Below, piece by piece: positions 1 through 13,303 of a stretch of DNA of 64,000 nt. The translations under genes and the position numbers were made by a program. Origin of the DNA: Antedon mediterranea. Lineage: Eukaryota > Animalia > Echinodermata. The notes beneath the pieces are model-generated. The model was given only the letters and a program-made list of their open reading frames with translations. It ran no database searches and was not told where the DNA came from. The stretch covers positions 16,616,001 through 16,680,000 of the forward strand of contig NC_092671.1 of the NCBI RefSeq assembly GCF_964355755.1, given 5' to 3'. How positions within the stretch are numbered: position 1 is the first letter of the stretch; every line of letters begins with the position of its first letter.

Positions 1-480
1 AGATATTGTATAGAGGAATTAGGTGAGATACATGTTCAGTTACTATATTGTCAATTACAAATATGTTACACTATGAGTATTGTATGCAGAAGAGATTTGT
101 TCAAATATGGATCCTTTAGATTTCTATTATAAAAATATTGGAATTAAACTACTGTAATTTTACTAATTTTGACATCATGATGTTGAAAAGTATCACTACA
201 CGACCATCCCCAAAGACAGTGGTTGCTAATGCATGTACTGTACAGTATCTGAATACACATACTGTAGGCCCCAAACCATGGGTGTGGTCTCACCATCACT
301 AAATTCCTGCTACTGTACACTACTGTTTGATCACTGTAAATGCCTAGCCATGGCGGGTATTCTTTGTTGTTCCAGATATAAAAGACATTTACCCTAGATC
401 TGGAGGTTGAAATACCAAATGAACTTTAATGTTAATATTTATACTGGCATTGTATGTTATATCCATACATACTAGATTGT

Positions 481-776
481 CAACTGTATACAGTACAGTA
501 GACAGGAAGTGATTGCAACATGAGGAAGGTGGGGGGAGGGGGGAGATGACTCAACATGGCCGCTATAATTAAAATATTTTTGATGAATATGAAATGAAAT
601 GAATCATTTTTGCGTACAGTACAATGGTCTTTTAGAATACGTTCTCGCGTTGCAATGAAGGCGTACAGTTCTTCGTGATTGTGTAGAGGGGGCAGTGTAT
701 TGTATGGTCAATCACAGCCACCATATGGTGTGGTCAAGCCAATATGGTGTGGTCTTCCTCCATGAAGAATTACTTT
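481..776 (+). repeat. Dispersed repeat, second copy at ~24839-25182
   Basis: Shared collinear blocks CAACTGTATACAG..ACAGGAAGTGA, ACTCAA(C/G)ATGGCCGC, GTTCTCG, CCATAT.GTGTGGT..CCTCCATGAAGAAT.ACTT. Confidence 0.65.
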
Positions 777-2250
777 TTGAACTGTGAACAGTACATTTAC
801 CCCTTTTTTTATATTATCCATTTTTTTAAATACTTTTTTTACATAATTCCTTTATTGTTTTTTACAACATTTCACAGATGGTGTTGTTACTACTGTGTTG
901 GGTTCAATACAGTATGTTGTTTGTTATCTACTGTACACACTGTTCAAATTCACTGAGTTAAGCATGCTCAATTGATAAAGGTATCATATCAGACTTTCAT
1001 CTGTGTTGTTACTGTAACTCATAATAATTGTAGGTCTACATCTGCCTACTACAACAAGCAATAAAAATAGAGGGCGAGTTCTTGGCCTACACATTTTATT
1101 ACAATTAAAATACTCAAGAATACAGTAAAATAATGTTTAATTAATATGATACTCTCAATTAAGGAAAGATGCATTCTAAAAATTGTAAAAGTTCACTTTT
1201 TGGAACACTTTACTTACTTACTTACTATCAATATTGTTTGAATTGGAAGAATAGTTCATATAGTTAATTAAAAGTAAAGTTTTCATTTGGAATAATAATA
1301 ATCGTACTACATAGGCCTTAGTATTACTACACAGTAGAGTAGTACCTAGCCTAGGCCTTGATATAGAATAAAATAATCTCCATTGTTACACAATACAAAT
1401 TTCAAATAATACAAAGGGGCCCATTGTCAGTCAAGTAAAACATGTTTCAGTTCAGATAAGCAGACTGGCAGTGGTGTGATGTCCATTGACTGAAAAAACA
1501 AAAACTCATCCTGCTGGCTGACAAAATAAATATAGGCCTACCTCGTAGGCTAGGAAAACTAGGCCTAGATAGGGGTATAACCGGGCCTGTGCATGGGCCT
1601 AGCTAGCTAGTCTAGGCCTAGCTAGTAGTAGTAGTAGTAGTAGACCTAGCCTAGATAGTAATATGTATTATTTCTTCTTCCTTTCCTACTCTATCACTGT
1701 TTTAATTTACAAAAAATACGCGAAATTAAGATTGCCTACACCGGTTATTCACCTCCGGCAGACAACAGAACAGACTTTATTAAACCTGCAGCGATTTCGG
1801 TAAATTAGCAAATGGGGAAGCCCAGCATGATTTCTTAATGCACGCGAAAGAGAAGTTAAGCAGACACGATGATGAGGTCTGTTTTGTTTATTAGGCTCTT
1901 CGTCGTTTGTTAAACACGCTCTCCTCAGCTCCCCGCATTCGGAGAGGCTAGCAAACCGATTTAAACAAACCTTTTAATATCATACGTATTCTCAATATCT
2001 ATGTTTTAGTTGGTTAGTACAAATAAATGAAATAAGGTTTATAAAAATTGCTTACTTCTTCCTGTGGTTTAAGTGTCTTTTCCTAATGAAATTTGCAGTT
2101 ACGAGAGGAGATCCCACCAGCGTTTCACGCGATTCCACTGCTGTCAAAGAAAAAAAGTAGTATGCTGTGCTGTGGCGCTCTCTCCAGTTTTCCAGACAAA
2201 AACATGCATAGTCGTCCCGTCGTCGTATGCGTACACAAAAGAAAGGTGAC

Positions 2251-2275
2251 TGACCATGACCCATTGACCTACTTA
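2251..2275 (-). promoter_or_regulatory. RORE / Rev-DR2-type nuclear receptor response element
   Basis: Minus strand TAAGTAGGTCA-AT-GGGTCA-TGGTCA, within a locally CpG-enriched promoter-like region that also has CCAAT and CACGTCA motifs. Confidence 0.45.
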
Positions 2276-5065
2276 ATGATTGTCACACGTTTTAGTCGCA
2301 AATAGAATGATTCGATTGGCTCAAACCGTCCAACACGTCATTATAATGTCAACTAATTATATTTTGCTATAAAAAAAAACGAGTTACTGTACTGTTTTAG
2401 CTATAATTCTCATTCACATATTGTAGTACTAACTATTAGTTAGAATAGACTTCCCCTTCTAACACTTTTAAACCTAATTTCTCCCCTGCTCGGATTGCTG
2501 TTGATAACACTTAATTACTTAGTACATATTTTTCCTTATTGACAATCAATGTATTCATGAATTAATCACATGCACCTGTAAATTGTGACGAATATAAATG
2601 AATGTCCACAGTTCAATTAATTTTTTTCAATTAATAAGGTAGTACTTAATACATGGTCTTCGTAATAAATCATAATAGTAATGATTAATATTGCTATTTA
2701 TAATTTGATTTGGTGCAATTGAATAATGGGAGAATATGTATGTACTGTTTAGCAAATATTTCATTTAAATGTAGATAGCAAACACTAATATAAATCAACA
2801 GGCTCGGAAACAAATTTTAAGCCACTGGTGATATACCAAGTGTTAATTAATTTGAAATGATATCAAGAATAAGTGCGGATATAATTTAGCAAATGTTAGA
2901 TCATGAGCTTGCAGTTTTTAGATGTTTTTAAATTGTTATATTTTCTTGTTCTTAATTAAGGACACAAATGAAAATAAGTTTTATATTATTTTAAACATTC
3001 TTATCCTGATTCAATTAGTTTCGTTTTTACTGTTCCATTTTTTTGTGTCATTTTATTCATGTTTTTAACCAAATAAATAAAATCAAATTTTACAATAAAC
3101 CGAAATACCAAAAATGGATTTGTGATGTTGGTTCAGGTACAAACGTTTATTTTTCTTGGAATTTCCACTGGATTTAAAAAAAAATTATCAACAGAAACAA
3201 AAAAGGCGACTGAATTATGGTTTCAGTACAATATTTAGCTTATACAAAATAGCTGAATTTAGTTTATTTTTGAAAATGATACAAAGTATTTAATATAAAC
3301 TTAAATTAGCAGATATACTTAACTATAGAATGTAAAATTTGCTATAATCTATATATAATATATACAATTTATGTATTTAAAACATTTCTATAAAATATGT
3401 TAAATTTGTTTATATTTAAGCGATTATTCAGTAGCTGCATCTAACTACAAAATTTATTCAAATAGTTTTAAACTATCAATTAAATTATATAAATAGCAAT
3501 CTGATAAATTTGATTATAAACAATTAAACAGCAAAGAAACAAATTTACACTAGGCTCGGGAATTGCCTTTTGAGGTGTGGGAGTGCGATCATTCACCTAC
3601 CTAACACACTCCTAAAATGCCCTTGAGGAATGCGAATTACAACACACTTAAATTTGGTAAATATCTACAAACAAGGAGTATACAGACATATACCCCTTTT
3701 ACACTGCCGGCAAAAATGTGGAGATGATCCGGCACGACACAGGTTTGTTTTAAGCTCCTGTGTTGTAAAAGGGGTAAAGAACTGTATATACACAGGTCTT
3801 GGATGGAAGACAATCAACAGTACAAATAAAGCTAGTACAGTTTATAAAATATAAAAAATTCTCCTTACTGAATCCTATACTTCTATATATCAATTCTTAT
3901 CAAACATTTAATTATGTATATTTTTCCAGTATTTGAAAATATTAAATTAATGTATAGAAGCATAGAGATATTATCTATATATAAAAAAGAGGTTTATTTA
4001 TTATAACTCTACCAATAGGTGGCAGTATTCATGTATAAAAGAACTATTACTTTTGCCAAGGTATTATGTAGCGTGTGTGTCAGCAGGATTACTCAAAAAG
4101 GTTATTGCCAGATGTTTACCAAATTGAAACCACAGAAAGATATGGTCATGGACCACTCCATTTTGGAGGCAATCCAGATAAGGATCCCAATTCTGGACCA
4201 CTTTCATTATTATTTTCTGACCTGCTAGTGTTAAAAGATAGGAGACAATTTTCAAAAGCCTGCGATCTAGTACTAAGCAGTCTTAACGTAACGTTAGGTT
4301 CATAGTAAAGAAATATACAAAAAATATTAAGAATAAAAAATAATAACAAAATATAAATAAAAATAAGGTCCTTAACAGGAATTGAACCAGGGATTTCAAT
4401 CTCAACTTGAAGGCTGGATATATAAGCATTACACCAAACTCACATTCACAAGGTTGTAGTACAATTAGCCTAATCACACTAAAATAAAAAAAATGTTGAG
4501 GAAATCATATGTAGAGGAATTATACTTTAGGCTGAGGTATGTACTCTCAGAGTGGCCTTCTAGTTTAACATGTATTTATACTTTCTGTGATGCTAACATA
4601 TGGTAAAAAGGCACTAATGCAATAAATATTCAATTTTTAGAGCTTTGTCTTCAACTAGTATTTTATAGCTAATCTCTCTATGCAACAATTGACAAGGGGG
4701 TTCTCCTCCTTTCCATTTTTACAAAGTTTAAAAAAAGTAAAGAACAGTTTATTGAATTAGCTGTATATTAATTTTTAATTATTTAAAGTAAATTTTGGAA
4801 TGTACAAAATATCACACAAATATTAAATTATATGGAAATAAAAATCTGAAAATTATCATTATGTCACAGCTAATGTAAACATCCAAACAAATATTGGGTT
4901 TGTTTTATACCAAATAAAAATAAAATATTGAGTAGGGGGGGGGGGGGGGGGGCGGGCGGATTCAAAGGAAATAAATAAAATTGTGGTTCAAATATCGTCA
5001 GTGTGTCATTTTTTGCCCCAGGCCACCACCATTTTAAAAACCTGGATCCACCCCTAAATTGTTAG

Positions 5066-8000
5066 CTATGATGTATTGTCACTATCTAATCTCAGTACTT
5101 CTTTCATTAAAGGCGTCGGTTCAATTGGTAGCTTCCCATTATGTAAATCACGTATGGCTTTTATCGTGCGAATCTGAGTTGGAATAAGTCCTCGTAATTC
5201 TATCAACACGCAAACAATCTTTGCAAATCGAGTGCTCTCGTTCGGTGAGCTCTTTTTCACCTCCTTTTCAAGAGCTGATGATAGTTTCTGCTGAAACTCT
5301 TCAATTTTATTGTATTCAATAAGGCCTTCTCGATCTGAAAGTAAACAGATATACTTTTGTTTAGTTTTTCTTCTACAACAAATTAATTAATCATGAAATG
5401 GAAACAAAACTTCATAGTCTCACAAATGCCAATGAATCAATTCAACATTTATTTCTTTTTTGGAGACATGTACCCAACATTTATTGAGTTTGTAGTCGAA
5501 CTTAGTTGTAGTTAAAAATACAGTAAATTTTACGTTCCCTGATTTACATACGCTTAAAATAACCGATGACGTCATCATTTTTTTACATTGAGGGCACAAT
5601 TTAACAACAACAATCAGAGCCATTTATATAAATTTTTATATATATGGCTCTGACTCACAATGCATAATAAAAATGGCTGTGTGAGCAATTCTGCTGTGCG
5701 AGACAAGCTACACACGTGCATTCCCCTACAGCAGCGACTGTTTTTATTGATGGAAAATACAAGAACATTGATATTTTAATTTACACTTTATTTAAACATC
5801 GCACAGCCTGTATATACTGTACTTTTTGAGTTAGGCCTCACATCTTGCTAGGCCTGCTAGCCACCACCTGCATGCTGTACAGTAAAGTAGGCAAACACGG
5901 TAGCCTTTATATACAGTAGCTACGATCTCTACGTATTTGGGGTCAATTTAAGGTCAACCTTGATTTTAAGAATCCTGTGTTTTACGTACACCTTTCGGTC
6001 CTGTACCGTACGTAAAATGAAGGTTCTACTGTAAAAAAAATGAAAATTTATATACCATATATCATCTAGTATAATCCCACCCATCTAGAACAGAAAATTG
6101 GGCCAACTTTGTGGGGTGGGACCATACCAGGGGTAACCTTGGTTCGGGAAAAATATGATAAGCATCTGAACTCAATACTGGGATTATACCAGGAGATATG
6201 CCTGTTTCAGACCTAAAGTAAAGGTTGGGATTATACCCAAAGTAGGATTACACCAGAGGATATACGCTAGTATCCTCGAGCCAGTGGCACCCACGGCATT
6301 AACAACTCGTAAAAACTTGTAAGCTATTCCATACACTTGCAAAAGCAACATGATCTCCGACCCCACTGATTATTTTCCCTACACAATGATCATAGGCCTC
6401 TAAGCATGTCATTTGCAAAGCGTGCTGTTGGTTTTTTACTTACCTGGTGAGGCAATTATTAATGCACATACAAGTGCCATTTCTTCGGCAGTAATACCAA
6501 TATTGTTTACACGCCTTGAAAATTTAAATCGGTAGTGAGGTGTATCAAGTCCATCTTTCAATAAGCAGTGCTGAACACATGTCACGGATCGAAAATAAGT
6601 GTTATTTTCGGGAAAGCGCACGACTCCACCTTCATATCGATAAGCATGAATAACCGACACAATCTCTAATACAGCTTCTTTAAAAAGCGTCATCTGATCA
6701 ACAAGTTGTAAACTGCGAAAGACATCCAATTTTTTGGCAAACTTAGCTGCTTTTTGTACAAATATTTCCGTGAGGCTACTGTTGTGTTTAATTATTCCTT
6801 GTATAGTTGTGATCTCTCGTGGTAGAGCATGGTTGGAATCGCAATTTTTTAAACTGATGTCAGTTGGGTCCTGTGTTAAAGAAAACAGAATTACAAACAG
6901 TATCTTTTTATGATCTACACAATTTAAGATGTACATAATCCGGTAGAGTTCTGAAATTTATACTCTATCTTAACTTTACATTGGCTGATAGATCAGGGCT
7001 ATTTCTAAACATTTACAGTGTAAGAGGCATTTTAGGACAACTAGAATTTGCTATGAGAAAAAATATTGTACCCACTACAGACATTCCAACCCCAGGACGT
7101 TCAAAAGAGGGACATCATTATGATTCACATTATACACTCTGTCTGTACGTTTAATGAATAGGGACTTTACGAAACACGATGGGAAGCCACAGAATAATTT
7201 ATAACAAAGTGGGCGGAGCTTAGCGTGACATTCGGTCGTCGATATGCCATTTTCCTGTTTACAAATAGAAATACATATAACCTAAAATATGCAGTTCATA
7301 AACTTAAACGTGGACATTTCAAAACTTCTATTTTAATTATTTAACTATATAACATTTTTATTGTGTTAAAATAGCTGTGTTAAAAGCAATACATTCTGCG
7401 CGGCGTTTGAATGCGAGGCTCCTAGCTAGGAAGGCCTATGCAGAGCCAAGCGATTCAGAAGGGCCCCACGCCGCGAGACAGGGAAGGGAGAGAGATACTA
7501 TTGGTACCATTTAGTTTAGTAATTTAGATAGGCAACCAATGCAGTACTGTTTAGCATCAAGCTACGCCTACACTTCAGCAGTGGTTAAAATTGTTAATGC
7601 CGTAAAGCTGAAGATATAGTAAGTAAATTTTTTAGTTCGGTAATTTGGAAAAGCGGACAATTCAGAGTTTGGCGAGACAATGGGAAACAACATAAAAAAA
7701 CGGGACAATCCGCCAAAATCGGGAAAGTTGTAATCTATAGTATGCCACTACCACAAAAAGCCAAAAATCAGTATATATTTTTTCCTATTTTGTTATGATT
7801 GAAAATTATAAAACAAGCTCAATAAACTTGTTAACATCAAGAACTTGTACGTATTGAAAAGTCAACCTACATCAACGTATGGTGCGCAATACTGGCGAAA
7901 ACAATTGATCTCGTCGTCTTGGAATTCTGTTAAGGTCTCTTTGTATGCATCACAAATATATTTTACAAACTGATCATGCTCCAAGTCAACACTTGACTTT

Positions 8001-10353
8001 TTATTTTCAACATCAATTTCTTTCATGATCTTCACCTTCTCTGCTGTTGGTACACGACCCATGCGTACAGCTAAAACGTATATAAGTTAAAATAATAAAG
8101 GAAATTGTTTGATATACAGTATGATATAGATTTTAGTTGAAAAAAAGATATATTGTCACCCAAACAAGAAAAATAAAGATGATTTGTATATGTTGTAAAA
8201 TAGTGATTTCTCATTTTCACTTTACTTTTAGCCATTATTAGCTAGCTATTATTTCACCTTAAACAATTAATACGCATTCAGAGCAAAGAGCAGCTAAATG
8301 GGTCGTTTTATCAGAAATCTGTTTATAACAATCTGATTTTTTGCCTGATGTGTTTTCTTCTACTTTTGCCTTTTCATTTTAAGTGTTTTATATTTGTTGT
8401 CTTATTTTGCCCTGCTATATGCTTGGTCCCTCAAGCTGTGACCTGGGATGTTTGTTACATTCTTTTGTTTTTTTCATATTTGAAATAAAGGATGATTTTA
8501 TTTATTCATTACTGCACATTAAAAAAACATTGGTAAATATCTTGAAATAAGGTCAAAATGATGTGGCGTTATACAAAATGAGGTACAGTATGTAGCTGTC
8601 GTATAATGCCAAGGACATAGTGGCATAGTGAGTGCAGTGTTAACAATGTCACTGCCTAGTTCATAAGCAAAGGCGTAGGCTACGCAAGACGTCCATGTAC
8701 GTCAGCTTTGCGCCGTATGTGTACCCTTACCTGCAGCACACATTCCAAGGCTCAAGCATTTGTTATATCTACAATAACGGCACTTGTTGCGATTTGAAAC
8801 ATTGATGTCACATGGAACGGTATCCCAAAACGGACAAACTTTATATTGTAAGTTCAACCGCTGTGTTCTTCGAAAGAAACCCTGTAAAACATAAAAACGC
8901 AAGTTGATCAAATTGTACATCATTAACATAAAATAATAATTTCTTTTGTATCAATAACACGGAATTAATCTACCACTATAACTACTACTACTACTACTAC
9001 CATTTTGATGTACACTAGGCATAAAACATAGGTTTCGGAACTTAAAAATAAAGGGACTTACCTTGCACCCCTCACAGGAATAAACTCCATAGTGAAGTCC
9101 TGAGGAATGGTCACCACAAATCTGGCACTTCAACATAGCTAAACAAAAGTTAGAATTTTAACATATTACTGACATTTCAAATACAGTTTATTTGGCCCAG
9201 CGACATAACTCATGGGCTCAGAGCAGTAAATAAATAAATAGAATATATCATTCTGTCCATTCTAAAAATTTTACTGATAAAGGAACTGTTCTATAATATT
9301 GGAAACCACTTATACACAATGTTAACTAAACATTTTGGTATTAAAAAAGATGACCTTTACAACACTGAACAATAATAATAATAATAATAAATAACATTTA
9401 TAAAGCGCAAGAGACAAAGGTTTCAAAGCGCTGTGTTTTCCAAGATCAGTGCAAGTAGTTATACAATGTTATACAGTACAAGGCCATACATTGGCCTTAA
9501 TGAAGATTTCATTAAAAATGATATTTTAAGAATGTTATAATTTACTGTACCACGGCACAGAAAACAATAACATTTAATTTTAATGAAATCTTCATTAAGG
9601 CCAATTTACACAGACGAGCGGTAACGGTAATAAAAATTATAGAATCTATGTTAATTATTATTTCTTATGACTATTTACACACAACGCGGAGCGAACAGGC
9701 GGGTTCCGCTCAGGAGAGATACAGATTCTAAGTGGACAAGCTACGCGGTTTTCCGCTTTTAAGCGTAGAGCTGAGAATAATAATTTAGATCATTTTGAAA
9801 CTCAAATTGCAATTAATTAATTGTAAAGTTTTAGGTACAGTATATAGTAAGCTTGTTCAAATAGCATTTCCTTTACACTACAGTAGCTTTGGATTTCATC
9901 ATTCTTTTCTGGGTCAATTCCTATTCTAAGCCTTTCTTCTTCAGTCAAGGTGACAAAGATAAATTCTTTATATCAGGTTTTGAAATATTCCAAGAAACAT
10001 AAGCAATAACTTATTACTTATGATCTTCTTTTTAGCTATAAATCTTTTAAAATAGTTAATAAATATCTGAAATAATATATTTCAGTACTGCTTAAAATAT
10101 AATAAATTGATTAGCTTCAAATAATTAACCAGAATAAGGTAAAAGAAGAAACTTTAATATTTCCCCAATGCCAATCAGAATTTGTCAGCGAAACAAAAAA
10201 TATATAATATCGTACAGTACATACAGTAGGACAAGAATTTTGTATAGTATAATAGTAATACACTATTTTTTTTATGAATCTACTGTATGACGATTTAATA
10301 AAAAAGATCTTACCAGAATATGTTGATGTGTTTTCAGATTGCGGAGATTCCAT
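5066..10353 (-). CDS. Nuclear receptor, NR1 group, most similar to PPAR (6 coding exons)
   Basis: Exons 10353-10314, 9138-9062, 8881-8731, 8070-7871, 6870-6444 and 5334-5066 join in frame through GT-AG sites. C4 fingers CQIC...[20 protein letters not shown]...[13 protein letters not shown], then [12 protein letters not shown] (cf. PPAR AIRFGRMPxAEK). LBD signature [21 protein letters not shown]; AF-2 PTPLMKEVL. Confidence 0.9.
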
Positions 10354-11522
10354 TTTAAATTCAATCTATAGTAATAGTTAAAAACATTGCACAATTAAAA
10401 CTGATTATAATGAATCAAATCAATATGTATTTAATAAAATGTTTAAACATTACAATACTGTTAAGATTATTCAAAAGAGAACTTATCTTAGATAAAAGTA
10501 GATATGGTAAGTAAAGTACAGTGCAATCTGCAATATAATTGCATCATTGCTTGGAGTACATAATGAACAGTAAAAATACCTGTTTTTATACAGTAGTACA
10601 GTACTGTATTTTAGTTTTATTTCTTAAGAGAGAATCAATCTAATCATAAACTGTGCTCTACTGTACCACTGCTTTAATAATGGTGGTCTGGCTGGGGTAA
10701 ACCTTTGTTTACCTAATACTCAAGTTTTATTTACATAGTATAGTAGTGTACAGCATAAATAAACATTGACAGAAAAAAGTAGGTGAACTGAATGCCTATA
10801 ATAAAATAATGGCATGATTGATTGATGACTAATACTCATTAATAAGCAATTAAATAAGAGCATCAGTACTGGTAATGGTATCACCTAGTACTAAACATTA
10901 CCGCACTCAACTAAAATCATTGATTTAAATTTCAACTTAATAACATACTTTATACCCAAAATAGCTCATGATGATGGTTAGCAAGTATTTTCACATGGTA
11001 GTAGCAAGTGGTTGTGAATGAAGGGGTTGTCCACATTGGAGCAAGTGGTTATGGATAGTATAGTAGCAAGTGCCTGATAAAGCCAGAGTATTTTTGCATT
11101 ATACAAGTGGTTGCAGGTGTGGTAACCAGAGTTTTAGGTGGTAAAGTAGAAAGTATTTCTGCATGGTTAACAAGTGGTTGCGGGTGGTAGAAAGTAGTTG
11201 CACATGTTAGTAAATGGTTTTAATTGGTGTTTAGTTAGTTACATATACTAGGCTAATGATATAGTAATCAATTTAATTTATCTAGCCCAATAATTAATAA
11301 TAATATTGACTGTAGATGTTGAAAATTCAAAACCTTACCTAAACAGTACAAAAAACCCAGATAAATTTATAAATACTCTTAAAACCAAATGATTTTCATG
11401 AAAGCTAAAATCCTATTTTTTATTATAATGACTTGTGTCCTGGACTATGTGATATGAAACATTTCCATAGGGCATTTAATTCTACAGTATAACGAAACCA
11501 ATTTGAGAAAGCTTAGTGCAAG

Positions 11523-12038
11523 GGTCATGCTAATCTTCGCCCAGTAGGGCCTAGTATCGCCCAGTAACATGGGCGAAGTAAACGCTAACATAATATTTAT
11601 GTTATTGTGATATTTAATAATTAATTTAATTGTACATTTTATAATACAATTTTTAAAATAAAAAACTGTCAAAATACTGATTATGTTTTTTCCGAAACTG
11701 AAGACTGCACTCCCATGTGATAAGTGATGTTTTGTTCAGGGAGGTATTATTATACCTTCCTGTTTTGTTTTTGCGTTGTGATGAATAAAAATGTCAACAA
11801 TATTAACTGATTTTAACTTTTTTTCTGGAAAGAAAAATATATATAAAAAAGGTAAATACGACTAAAGCATCTTAATAAAATGTACTTAACTTGGCATCCT
11901 TTTTAATTTTTTTATATAAAAAAATCCTACCACTACCAGGCGATGTACCGAGCCCCAATGCATGTATGGTTATGGTAATGGTATGTATGGATGGCGATAC
12001 CAGGCCCTACACGACACCGGGCGAAGATTAGCATGACC
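11523..12038. repeat. TIR-bounded element between the nuclear receptor and STX17 5' ends
   Basis: Perfect 20-bp inverted pair GGTCATGCTAATCTTCGCCC / GGGCGAAGATTAGCATGACC; TSD unclear. Confidence 0.65.
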
Positions 12039-13303
12039 GTACCGTAGACTCTAATACAATGCAATGTCATTGTCACATATATCTATACTAGATAGGACCA
12101 GTGGTGATCAGGGTGGATCTAGCTAGGCTAGGCCCTAGCTATGTCTAGTTATTGAGGCCCTTGTCCCTGTCTAGTAGTAGTAGTAGGCCCTAGAATTATA
12201 GATAGAGTAGGCCTAGGCCCCTATAGGCCTAATTACAATTTACAAATCAACAAATCAAGACTTTGTCAAGAGGCCTGACATTGTTTGCTGATCAAAAAAC
12301 TACTTAACAAGAACAAGAAGGCAATGTTACTTACTAACACACAAGACGGCGGTTATTCATGTAATTGGATTCTGTCTAATTTTTATGCTGATATTGTATC
12401 TGGAAGGTTTTTAGGACAGTTTTTTTTATCTACTAATCACGCGCTAGTTTTCGACGACGGAAACGATGTAATGTATTATAAAAAGTTGCTGGTAAACTAT
12501 GTTAAAGGTCATCACGTAGTTTCCATTTACAGACGGCTCATATTAATGCATAAACGGTTGCGGCTGTAACTATGAGGCTATTGGTAAATATTGCCATTGC
12601 TCATTATTCCATCATTATTAATATTGATCCAGCAGAAGATTCCATAAAAAAAAACGACGTAAACATTTCAAGAACGTCCAGAATATTTTACAGAATTAGG
12701 ACCACCATTTTTGTTCATTAATTCAATCATTAAGTAATATGTTTTTTATAAAGAATTATGCAGTCTAGAAGGGCCTAGGCCTAGCCTAGGCCTACTAGTT
12801 AGGCTAGGCCTAGGCCAGAGTTACTTTTAGGCCCTAGTTTACACTTAGCTTTGTACAAGCTAGGCGAGAGGAGGGAATAGCCACTAAACAAAGCTCTTGT
12901 CTGTTCCACCATCATGTTCATGGTTAACCAGAGCTGCAGACAACAATGGCAACAATGAGCCATGAATAAGATCTTCTAAAGCAGCATAGGCCTAGCCTAC
13001 ACTGTATGAATTGTGTTTTAGGCCTAGACCAGCTATGTACAAATCCAATCAATATAAATAGCAATAAAATATATAAAGACTAAGAGTATTAAATACATTA
13101 CCCAACCAACAGAGTCATACTAATCTACTACAGCCGGTATCACCAGATAGGGTTTTAAACCAATAACACTATTTGACCTATATAATTATAATATAATTCT
13201 TCGATTCTTCCAAATGCGTTAAATAAAACATAACTTTTTACTTTCATTTCAGATTCTGACAAAACAAAAAAAATTATGTAAAGCAAACACAAATTCATTG
13301 CGA

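Noticed and set aside
744-4477. Short ORFs in the left-hand region
   Set aside because: Low-complexity AT-rich translations with no homology or consistent exon chain.
5940-5956. DR5 element GGGTCA-ATTTA-AGGTCA in the last nuclear receptor intron
   Set aside because: GGTCA pairs are common in invertebrate repeats; a single instance with no supporting context.
10975-11225. Degenerate AGCAAGTGGTTG repeats upstream of the nuclear receptor
   Set aside because: An old, irregular minisatellite with no evidence of function.
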